Positions 49,601 to 59,969 of a stretch of DNA of 64,000 nt are shown piece by piece. A program made the position numbers and the translations under genes. Origin of the DNA: Macrostomum lignano (Eukaryota); contig NIVC01001401.1 in assembly GCA_002269645.1 (NCBI GenBank), positions 1 through 64,000 on the forward strand, written 5' to 3'. Position 1 is the first letter of the stretch. The number at the start of each line of letters is the position of its first letter. The notes below the pieces were generated by a model. The model had not been told where the DNA came from. It made no database searches and saw only the letters and a list, made by a program, of their open reading frames with translations.

Positions 49601-52600
49601 ACTTGTGGCTACAAACAATTACTTATTTCAGTAGTAAATTTCCAACTAACTGATAAAATTCTTAAAAATGCTTTTCCGCGCACAAATCGGCCTTTCAAAC
49701 ACCACTTGCGAGAGCTAGAGCGACGCTGACTTGGCTTCATCCTTCCTTAGATAAAAAGTCTCATTTTGCTTGCTTTTCGTCTCCTTTACTTATATTCGTA
49801 CGAGCTACTATTAGTAGGCGACCTACGAACTACTTAATTTAAAAGCTGCGTCACGCGTAGATGTCCAAGTTTTAGTTTTCACTACTGACAGTAGGCAGTC
49901 AATAAATTGCAATTTTTTTGTTCATGTTTTTCTCCAAACGCACGCAGGAGAAGCGCAAGAAGCAGAAGGAGGCCATTGTTGAAGAGCCGCCGAAACAGAC
50001 GAAGCCGGATTCGACGCCTCCGCCCGAACAGGAGCTGCCGGATGATGGCGGCAGCAGTGACGATGAGGCGGAGAGGCTGCACCAGCAGGAGGCGGAGAGG
50101 GCCAGAGAAGAGGAGGAGAGGCAGCGACGCGAGGCCAAGGAGAGAAAAAGGCGGGAGGAAGAAGAAGAGGCCAGGAAGGAGAGACAGCAGTGAGTCAGAG
50201 CATGACTGCATGTGACTGACTGAACTGTATGACTGCATGTGACTGAACTGCATGACTGCATGTGACTGAACTGTATGACTGCATGTGACTGAACTCTATG
50301 ACTGCATGTGACTGAACTGCATGACTGCATGTGACTGAACTGAATGACTGCATGTGACTGAACTCTATGACTGCATGTGACTGAACTGTATGACTGCATG
50401 TGACTGAACTCTATGACTGCATGTGACTGAACTGTATGACTGCATGTGGCTGAACTGAATGACTGCATGTGACTGAACTGTATGACTGCATGTGACTGAA
50501 CTGTATGACTGCATGTGACTGAACTGTATGACTGCATGTGACTGAACTCTATGACTGCATGTGACTGAACTCTATGACTGCATGTGACTGAACTGCATGA
50601 CTGCATGTGACTGAACTGAATGACTGCATGTGACTGAACTCTATGACTGCATGTGACTGAACTGTATGACTGCATGTGACTGAACTGAATGACTGCATGT
50701 GACTGAACTGTATGACTGCATGTGACTGAACTCTATGACTGCATGTGACTGAACTCTATGACTGCATGTGACTGAACTGTATGACTGCATGTGACTGAAC
50801 TGTATGACTGCATGTGACTGAACTGTATGACTGCATGTGACTGAACTGCATGACTGCATGTGACTGAACTGTATGACTACATGTGACTGAACTGTATGAC
50901 TGCATGTGACTGAACTGTATGACTGCATGTGACTGAACTGAACTTCATGACTGCTCACAGTTCCCAAACACCCTGCACTCTCCCGTCCCCGTTTCTCAGG
51001 ATGAAGCAGCAGCTGGAGGATGAGGCCACCCAGCGTCGCCTGGAAGAGGAGGAGCGGCAGCGCCGGCTGCAGGCGGAACGGGAGCAGGAAGAGCTGGAGG
51101 CGCAGCGCCGGCAGCAGCAGCAGCAGCGGGAACAGGAGGAGGCCAGACAGAGGGAGCTGGAGCTGGAGGAGCTGAGAAAGGTTCGAGGGATTGGAGTCAT
51201 TGGAAATTCTTGTTGTTCCGTTGATATGGAATCTTTCCAATTGGAATTCCCCACTCACCCGACTGATTGGGATTCGCGACATTCCGATATATATTGGCTA
51301 CTGGGATTTCCCTCTTACCCGATAGGCTCAGATAGACGGGATTTCCCTCTTACCCGATAGGCTCAGATAGACGGGATTTCCCTCTTACCCGATAGGCTCG
51401 GATAACCATGATTTCCCTTTTACCTGATAGACTCAGATGACCGGGATTTCCCTCTTACCCCATAGACTCAAATGACCGGGATTTCCCTCTTAACTGATAG
51501 ACTCAGATGACCAGGATTTCCCTCTTACCCGATAGGCTCGGATAACCGGGATTTCCCTCTTACCCGATAGGCTCGGATAACCGGGATTTCCCTCTTACCC
51601 GATAGGCTCTGATAACCAAGATTTCCCTCTTACCTGATAGACTCAAATGACCGGGATTTCCCTCTTACCCCATAGACTCAAATGACCGGGATTTCCTCTT
51701 ACCCCATAGACTCAAATGACCGGGAGTTCCCTCTTACCTGATAGACTCAGATGACTGGAATTTCCCTCTTACGTGATGGATTCAGATGACCGGGATTTCC
51801 CTCTTACCCAATACGGTAGACTCAGATGACCGGGATTTCCCTCTTACCCAATACGGTAGACTCAGATGATCGGGATTTCCCTCTTATCTGATAGACTCAG
51901 ATGACCGGGATTTCCCTCTTACCTGATAGACTAAGGTTGGATGACTGGGATTTCCCGCTCATCTTATAGATAGGAATTCCCAGGATTCCCAATTCCTCCA
52001 ACAGTCTTTCTTCCTCTGTCCTATAAACTTCGAAATTTCCATTTCCTGAATTCCCAAATTCCCGCAGAAGGAAGAGGAGGAGCGCAAGCGGAAGGCGGCC
52101 CTGCTGGCCAGGCTGAAGGAGCTCGATATGCCGCCAGACGAGAAGGAGGACGAAGCCGAGAACAAGAAGCCGCCGCCGCACCCGTCGCAGCAGCAGCAGC
52201 AGCAACGGCAGCGCAAGCAATACGACTTCAAGCCGTCCGTGGAGAATCTCCACCAGGGCAGGCCGGCCTACGATAACGCGGCCGTCCCCGGCTACACACA
52301 GCAGCAGCAGGGCAGCAGCAACGCCTCCAGGCGGGAATCCGGCAGCGGCCCCGCCGCACCCGCCGACACCTCCGCCGCCGTCGACTCGGCAGAGCTACGC
52401 GACCGTCGGGCGGCCGAGAAGGCTCGCGAAGAAAAGATGATGGCCGACCTGTTCGGCGGCTCGGGCGACAACACGCCGCCGTCGAGCAAGTCGGAGCAGC
52501 GACAGCCGCTACAGCCGGATCGGAGCGGCAGCGGCGAGTCCGGCGGCCGTCGACGGCGAAATTTGGACGCGGACGGGTCGGACCCGCTGGCCGAGCTGCT

Positions 52601-52769
52601 GAACGGCAACTCGGGGACCGGCTACCAGCCCAGTAGCTTCTCCGGCGGCGCCGACAGCCGCTCCGGCAGCGGCAAGTTGCTGCCGCGGCGACCGAGCGCC
52701 GGCAGCGGAGCCAGACAGGCTGTCGGGCACTCTGAAGATGTCGACGACATAGAAGAGATGATGCTGTGA
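40618..52769 (+). CDS. LCA5: Lebercilin (LCA5/LCA5L family) ciliary coiled-coil protein, 8 coding exons
   Basis: Exons 40618-40888, 41100-41180, 43250-43785, 44865-45002, 46874-47065, 49948-50189, 51000-51180, 52068-52769 with compatible phases. Lebercilin domain RVMSAK...ERALNKYD...IARHQEEVRTLKEQL...LPDREAL, then EKEKILDIQNIY, and C-terminal MMADLFG and DIEEMML, which parallel human LCA5. Confidence 0.88.
41595..42135. repeat. Nearly perfect 80-bp tandem repeat in LCA5 intron 2
   Basis: About 6.7 copies at exact 80-bp spacing; one substitution seen. Confidence 0.93.
42705..43236. repeat. 25-bp minisatellite GAGCTACAACCCTGAGTCACCCTCA
   Basis: About 20 units ending about 13 bp before the exon 3 acceptor. 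Confidence 0.9.
43835..44840. repeat. 22-bp minisatellite CAGTCTGTTTATAACCTATCTA
   Basis: About 45 units filling LCA5 intron 3. Confidence 0.92.
45295..46715. repeat. 16-bp minisatellite CAATCCCCAAGCTTCA
   Basis: More than 80 units in LCA5 intron 4. Confidence 0.92.
47140..47525. repeat. About 22-bp minisatellite AAAATGGCAACATCTTTGATTA
   Basis: About 17 units. Confidence 0.88.
47941..48013 (+). tRNA. tRNA-Arg-ACG: tRNA-Arg(ACG), inside LCA5 intron 5
   Basis: 73-nt cloverleaf: acceptor stem GGCCGCG/CGTGGTC, anticodon arm TCTGA-CTACGGA-TCAGA, T arm CCAGG-TTCGAGT-CCTGG, followed by T runs (Pol III terminator). Confidence 0.95.
48526..49318. mobile_element. hAT-type MITE whose interior is a 22-26-bp minisatellite (AAGAAACTGGCGCCCCCCCTAA)
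   Basis: TIRs CAGGGGCGTAGCCAG and CTGGCTACGCATCTG (13/15 match); perfect 8-bp TSD ATTCAAGT at 48518-48525 and 49319-49326. Confidence 0.9.
50195..50945. repeat. 23-bp minisatellite ATGACTGCATGTGACTGAACTGT
   Basis: About 32 units filling LCA5 intron 6. Confidence 0.92.
51320..51945. repeat. About 35-bp minisatellite GGGATTTCCCTCTTACCCGATAGGCTCAGATGACC
   Basis: About 18 units in LCA5 intron 7. Confidence 0.9.
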
Positions 52770-53009
52770 GCAGTGGCTAGGGCGGGTTACTAATCCGACC
52801 GCGAGATTCCAAATCGTATGGAGCTTTGATTTACTTTTCCCGAACTTATTGCGTGGGACAGGAGAAGAGTAAAAAGGACTCTGCGCACTTTTGAACTGTA
52901 CAGATTTTGTTGGAATTTTGTGCTTTGATTGATAAATTCAACGGTGAGCCAAGGCACGAAAATATTGACGAGATTGAGGCGAAATTAGGTGTGATTCTAG
53001 AGCTAATCA

Positions 53010-53812
53010 GTGGGTTAGGGTCATTATGGTTAGGGTCATTATGGTTAGGGTCATTATGGTTAGGGTCATTATGGTTAGGGTCATTATGGTTAGGGTCATT
53101 ATGTTTAGGGTCACTATGTTTAGGGTCCTTATGGTTAGGGTCCTTAGGGTTAGGGTCATTATGGTTAGGGTCATTATGGTTAGGGTCATTATGTTTAGGG
53201 TCCTTATGGTTAGGGTCCTTAGGGTTAGGGTCATTATGGTTAGGGTCATTATGTTTAGGGTCCTTATGGTTAGGGTCCTTAGGGTTAGGGTCATTATGGT
53301 TAGGGTCATTATGGTTAGGGTCATTATGGTTAGGGTCATTATGGTTAGGGTCCTTATGGTTAGGGTCATTATGGTTAGGGTCATTATAGTTAGGGTCATT
53401 ATGGTTAGGGTCATTATGGTTAGGGTCATTATGGTTAGGGTCATTATGGTTAGGGTCATTATGGTTAGGGTCATTATGGTTAGGGTCATTATGGTTAGGG
53501 TCATTATGGTTAGGGTCATTATGGTTAGGGTCATTATGGTTAGGGTCATTATGGTTAGGGTCATTATGGTTAGGGTCATTATGGTTAGGGTCATTATGGT
53601 TAGGGTCATTATGGTTAGGGTCATTATGGTTAGGGTCCTTAGGGTTAGGGTCCTTAGGGTTAGGGTCATTATGGTTAGGGTCCTTAGGGTTAGGGTCCTT
53701 ATGGTTAGGGTCATTATGTTTAGGGTCCTTAGGGTTAGGGTCATTATGGTTAGGTTCCTTATCGTTAGGGTCATTATGGTTAGGGTTAGGGTCATTATAG
53801 TTAGGGTCATTA
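53010..53812. repeat. 15-bp telomere-like minisatellite GGTTAGGGTCATTAT
   Basis: About 53 units, each containing TTAGGG. Confidence 0.92.
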
Positions 53813-55233
53813 GGGTAGACATAAAAAAGTGTCCATGCTACAATGCTACGTATAAAACCGAAAATTTCCTATCTCGCCGTTGACGGAGCATTTTGCTAGG
53901 AAAACGAGCCTCGACCCGTAACATCTTGCACGATTTAGTAGTTCACAGTGTCCTTTTCTATTCAGCAGTATCTGAGGCAACTATAGATGGAGATTTTAGT
54001 CATTTCCAACTGCAGACGCTCGCTTACCAATCCATTGGCTGTCCCCACTCCATGTCATGATTGTTGGCGATTACATGTTCAACCGTTTTTTTCATTGGGT
54101 TGTGATGCTTCGATTATACATGCAATCCGCCTGTTTATGTTTAGAAACCGATCCGACCCCAATATATCTGAACTGAGATCGATTTGGATTGATTCTGTGC
54201 AGACTTGCGCTTTAGAACTGCACTCCTCCCCATAAATCACTGCTAATCAGATGCTTTATTGGCTCTATACTTATTTATCAAATACTTTTGATTTCCGCGC
54301 GGTTTTTCAAGTAATAGTTTCTAGAGAATTAAATTAAGCAAACATCCGGGTTTTCTTTAAGAAAATATTTTTGTTTAATGCGATCAAATATTTTCCGGAT
54401 ACTGAATCAAGACCCATAAATCCATAGTACACTCTAAACCTAAGCAACTCTTTGACAGAGTTGTCACTAATGATAGAGCACTGCTGTGTCGTGTCGATTT
54501 CGCATGCACAACTCAACTCCTGTTGTCAATTTGCTCAGATTAAGTTAGTGACCTGCATACAAGCCGACCGCTTATTTAGAGAAGAAATCTGTGTAGATTT
54601 GCACCTGCAGTCACACACACAAGAATTCAATATATTTTGCTCGATTAATTTTAAGCGAGTTTACTATAACAAAAACATTCAAGCCGGTTTTTCAGTTAGA
54701 AGAGTCCGCCACCGTCTTCTGTTGTCCCTATGCCTCTATTTGATTGATTAGACGTAGCTCGTACTTGAATTGACTTTGACATCGGCCTCCTCCGCTTCTT
54801 GTCCTTTAATTATTATTGGCAAAGTTATTTATTTACTTGCGTTATAACAAAGTGACTAAGTGAACGTGTTATATGCTAATTTTTTTTTCCACGGGCAAGT
54901 CTAAGCCACTATGGTGTTGTTTTATGTTTTATACAATACACTCTGCAAGCACGCTTTACAAAAGTCGCATTATAAATTTGGAATATCACAATAAAAAGTT
55001 ATTTTTGTTTTTTATTTAGTAGTAATAGTCATAAAACCTATAGTATTCTTAATGAAAAATGATGCATGTACACGACTATATATTTAAATCTACTGTCTTA
55101 GTTTCATCCCACACTCGTATACAAGACGTGTACTTTCTTAAAAGGACTCCACAACCCAAGATGGACTCGAATGACGAGGTATTAATACAAGTTATTTTCT
55201 CAAGAACAATGCAAATCTATAATACGCCTAGAC

Positions 55234-55508
55234 CACATGGGTCGGCGAACCTTTTTAACTCTTAAGGGCCAGGTATAGAATCTGCGCACGGCTTGCGGGC
55301 CAGAGAGAGGAGAGGAAAGAAGAGAGAGAATAGAGAAGAAGAGAGAAGAGAGAGGAGGGATCGGAGGGTAGATGAGAGAGGAGAGAGGGGAGATAAGAGA
55401 GCTAAGAAGACAAAAACCTTGAGCGGGCCGAATTGCTATTGTGAAGTTTCAAAGGATCCGAGGGCCGCGGATAGAGAGGCTTTGCGGGCCGGAGTTTGCC
55501 GACCCCTG
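55234..55508 (-). mobile_element. hAT (Charlie/Buster-like) MITE with a GA/CT-rich interior
   Basis: Right TIR GTTTGCCGACCCCTG; left TIR is a degenerate CA..GGGTCGGCGAAC. The 8-bp TSD GCCTAGAC/GCGTAGAC (7/8) has a central TA. Confidence 0.75.
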
Positions 55509-55689
55509 GCGTAGACTATAAGTATTGCTTTAACGATTGGAGTTTATCATTTGATATACATGAACATGCTCCATACGTGCTCCGGTCGATGCTGATTTTC
55601 CTTGCTGCCAAGAGTTAATTAATCTACCTCGGCGGTCTAGTGCCAAGCATCATGGACGAAATGGCACGGCGCAGGGCGCTTGCCTTTTT

Positions 55690-56080
55690 CGCACCGTGCG
55701 GACTGGACTGTCCTGCAGTGCCCCGAGCTGCCGGATCGGCTGAGAGGGCGGCTGTTCCAGGCAGTCATATACAAACCGTCCTCCTCTACAATGCTGAAAC
55801 GTGGACACTGACCGGCCGGCCAGGAGCGGCTCTTCGGACCGCCCTGCAGCTAAGGCCAGGAGCGGTAACGATCGACGCCCTCACGCTGGACTTCTGTAAG
55901 CCGCTTTCGGTGTCCACTACTCGCCGACCGCCATCACTAATACCAGCAATGACGAGATTTATATACTGTCGGGCCAGCGATCTCCCGACCCAGCCAGCTG
56001 CTGCGCATCCGGCGTCCACACAGCTGGCCGGCCACGTCATCCGAGAGCAGAGCAGTACTGCCCTGAGCCGCTGCATGATG
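55690..56080 (+). mobile_element. Degraded RTE-like non-LTR retrotransposon remnant
   Basis: VLLYNAETWTLT and QLAGHVIR resemble post-RT motifs of RTE-type ORFs (VLLYGSETWTL, WAGHVIR). The sequence is otherwise scrambled. Confidence 0.55.
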
Positions 56081-58843
56081 TGCTGCTGCTATTCCTTCTA
56101 GGGCAGCGGCGGCTTGGTCAGGCGAGAAGTCTGCGTTTCGTCGACCATATACAGTGGTCCTTGCTCAGGCCCTCATTCGACCCCATCACATTCCACTTCT
56201 GGAAAGAAGTTGCAATTTTACATGTAGTATTGAACAATCTATTCTTCAATTACTACTATTGCAATGACAGTCCACCGGCAGTTATTGATGGTGATTGGTG
56301 AGCCAATCCGATGACCATTCAATTAAAGTTGTGGTAAAGTCTTATAAGTCGTCGTGGAGTTCGCAAAAATTTACAATTCGCTTGTACGGATGCATAACTT
56401 ATATAATAAAAAGTGTAATAAACACTCGAAACTAATTTATATTTTTGCAACATGTAAACATTTTAAACATTAGATTTAAAATTCGGAAATAGAAATTAAA
56501 CGCATTTGTTAGGCTTCTGAATAAACTTTGCGCCTATTTAAAATCGCTGAATTTCTCTTTTTTCCCAAGAAAGAGGTGTTCACTCAAACTCTTACTGCTC
56601 TGATATTCAGGCCGAATCTAACCATAACTAAACATGCTGATTGCTGTATAAATATGACTGAATATATTATGAACCTCATTATACAAGAGTTTCAACGATT
56701 TTTACCTGTCAACCTAGTGTTAATTTGATAAAACTGCAACAATTCTTGCAAAGCCTAAAGTCAGCCTTCGCCTCGGTTTCGGGTTCGGTGTTCGAGCTAG
56801 GCCAAAAATGCATGACTGACGCTATTTGCAAAAAATATTTTCGCCATTTTCACTATATCCAGTCACTTTAATTTCTTTTTCTTATTGTAGTAGATATAAT
56901 TCGGCATATTAAAAGTTAATTCCTGACTGTGTCACTGGGGCAATAAAGGCAGGTAGGCAGCTTACCTGCTAAAAAGTAAAGACAATAAGATTATAAGAAT
57001 AAGAATTTGTCAAAAAATTAAGTATTTTTAATAGAAAGTTGCTTGCAATGCTAAGCTAAGCAATGTAGCTCAGTAGACTCTTCTGGGATTATAAATAACA
57101 TAAGTTTTGACACTGACTTGCCAATATTGTAGGAGTTCACTTGCAACACACACAACACATACACACACACACATACACACAAACATTCCTAGAGTTTTAG
57201 TATTAGTAGAGGTCATTGTTTTTTCAACTTATTTTTGCTACTTGTATTTGTTGCTTGCTCTGCTAATACTTCTTATCAAACAAAGCCTTATCCTTGGCTT
57301 AACCTCAAATCTATTACATAAAAGGTCTATACCAAAAAATGACCCCTTATGTCATAAATTCAAGTTTAGGTCTATATGTTAGAAAAGTTTTTGCATATAA
57401 TATCTATGCCAGAATGAAATTGCCTCACTATATCAAATTTTAGCTAAAATTTTAATTTAAAAAATTTTTGCTTTTAGCTCATTTTAGGTTCTAAAGTTTT
57501 AGTTTTTTAAATCAGTAAAACTTTTTAGTAAATAAATAATTATTGTTGTATAGCATTGATTATTTTTATTTTGTTTTATTATTTTCTACAAAACATATAT
57601 TTTAAAAGTAATTTTTTATATACCAAATATGGCAATACCATATGCTAGCACAGTTGCACAATTTATCATGGTATAGCTATTATGGTATACAAGATATTAT
57701 TATATATGCCAAGAATTTTTTAGGTCCATTGTATATTAGAATTTTCTAGCATATAAGATTTGGGATTAAGAAAACAAAGCAATATACTTAAGACAAGTAT
57801 AATCTTTTGGAGATGCTTGCATATAAAATTGAGTTAGCCCACTATACTATACTTTAACTATATATTATAAGCACTAGAAAAATTAGCTTATAATAGTCAA
57901 ATAGCTTACCAAAATTGTATTTTAAATGTTGCCACTTGGGATAGATCACAATCAATAGTGGCAGCATCATTGATGACTATTTTCTTGCATATAATGCAAT
58001 ATGCAATAGTCTATGGTCATATTAAAATTGAGTATACAAAGAAATAATTTAACTTAAATGCAACTTTAGCATCTATTCTACTATACTATAGCATATTGAG
58101 CTAATATGCATCTTTATATCATAGACCAAAAACTCAATTAAATCCAAATTATCATATTATTTGGATTTGGGTATATTATATTATCATAATTTATATGCTA
58201 GATTCTACACTCATTGAATTGTTACTCTTTTATCTTTGCTTTGTATATTTTTTTAAAACAAAAATAATTTTCTAAAGTATGAACATATAAGAGATTAGAT
58301 AAGATAAAAAATGGGATTAGGCAGATTTAGTATCCCAATATGTTTTTGGATATTAGGATCCTAGAATTGGAATCCTATCCTATCTTTACAAATAAAAATG
58401 CAGAATATACAACTAATAGAAGCTAAATAGCTGAATTCATTTCTGTTTAATAAATTTAATTAGATAAATTTATATAAATGGAAAATAATATAGGCCTAAT
58501 ATTGCTTTTTTGAAGATTTTTTTAATATTTGAAAAATATTTATAATTAAATTGTAATCACTCTAATTTAGATGCCTCAATAAGATTATTTTATATTCTTA
58601 TTTTTCTAATAGTAGTTTAATGTACCATATTGCATGTTTTATTTAGACTGTTTGTTGATAGCTAAAAGGAAATATTTTATAATGACCAATTTTTCATTTC
58701 ATTTAGATACATACTACCTAGAATATCCATACTAATAAAACTTTTTTCCCAAATAGGTACAATTTTTTAAGACTATATAAACATAAATATGGTATAATAG
58801 TATAATATAGTATAATTATGATCATAGGGTATTGCATTTTGAC

Positions 58844-59391
58844 TAGTGATGGATCTAAATATAAGTTTTATTAAGTAAAGTTAATCAACTTTGGGACCTT
58901 TGAGGCATTCAACCTATGCTTGTAAAGTTGCAGAAACATTTTTAGGTAATCATTGTTTAAGTTGAATCATTACTTTGTTTTTTTTCAAAATGCAAATGCA
59001 ATGGACTTTATGTGTACTGTACATGGTAAAGTTATCAATTGCACAAATGTAATGTGAGTTAGTATTAGTAATTGGAAATCAGTTAGATTAGATACTCTTA
59101 TATAACAATTAAGTTCAATTCTAAGTTCAATTCAATTCAGATACTAGATAGATATAGTATAAGCCTGAGATAGATTGAATCTTGTCAGTAAATTAATGTA
59201 CAGTACTAATACTATTACTAATTAGATGATGAGGCATTTCTTCCACTAAAAGGGGTCATAGTTACTCCCGCCGTTTACCTTTAACTTTTTAGGAAGCACA
59301 TTCGGATATTCAGATTCAGATTCAGAATTTTTTATGTACATTCGGATTCTGTTTCGGAAACTTGCAAAAATCTACATTTGGTCCATCACTA
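58844..59391. mobile_element. hAT-type MITE (548 bp) containing the second 28S-like fragment
   Basis: TIRs TAGTGATGGATCTAAATATA and TACATTTGGTCCATCACTA; 8-bp TSD ATTTTGAC/ATGTTGAC (7/8); subterminal ATTCGG/ATTCAG repeats. Confidence 0.72.
59215..59280 (-). other. 66-bp diverged fragment of 28S rRNA (H69-H71, R2/I-PpoI target region), copy 2
   Basis: About 53/66 ungapped identity by hand, including an exact 25-mer GTCATAGTTACTCCCGCCGTTTACC. Confidence 0.75.
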
Positions 59392-59969
59392 ATGTTGACA
59401 TGTTTATTGTTTTTTAATGAATAAAGTCTTCTGTCTAAGTGATTTATATTGTGACAAAGTTGTCAATATGCATTTAACAAAAATAGATAGCCTTATAGGG
59501 CCTTCATTATAAAAAGTGACATCTTTAGTGTATAATTGTCTATATTTATTGTATATTGTTTAGAATATTTATCTAGTAAGATTTACCTCTCATTGGTTAG
59601 ACTATGTGATTAAAAAATTAAGCATTATTAATTTCTTGCCTTTTTATGCATTCTATTTGTCAATGAATGGCTATCAATGTCTTTGCAAAACAAAATTTTG
59701 AACATTTGTCTTTCAATTAGATTATATGTCAAAGCTTGTAAAGCTTACAAGTGAAATCTAATTTTAAATTTCAAAGCAATTTTGTTTTCTTTGCATGTTT
59801 GCAGCAAGGCTGGCATATCAGTTGTCAATAAATCATCCCCCCAGTTGCCATAGCGGCAACAGCAGCACCACTTGGCAGAAAACTGATATTTAGCCAGTTG
59901 AGTTCGTTAGCAGTGGGATCATCTGGACAGAAGTAGCCCGGTCTATTCAGCTGCTCCCTTCTAGAAGCA

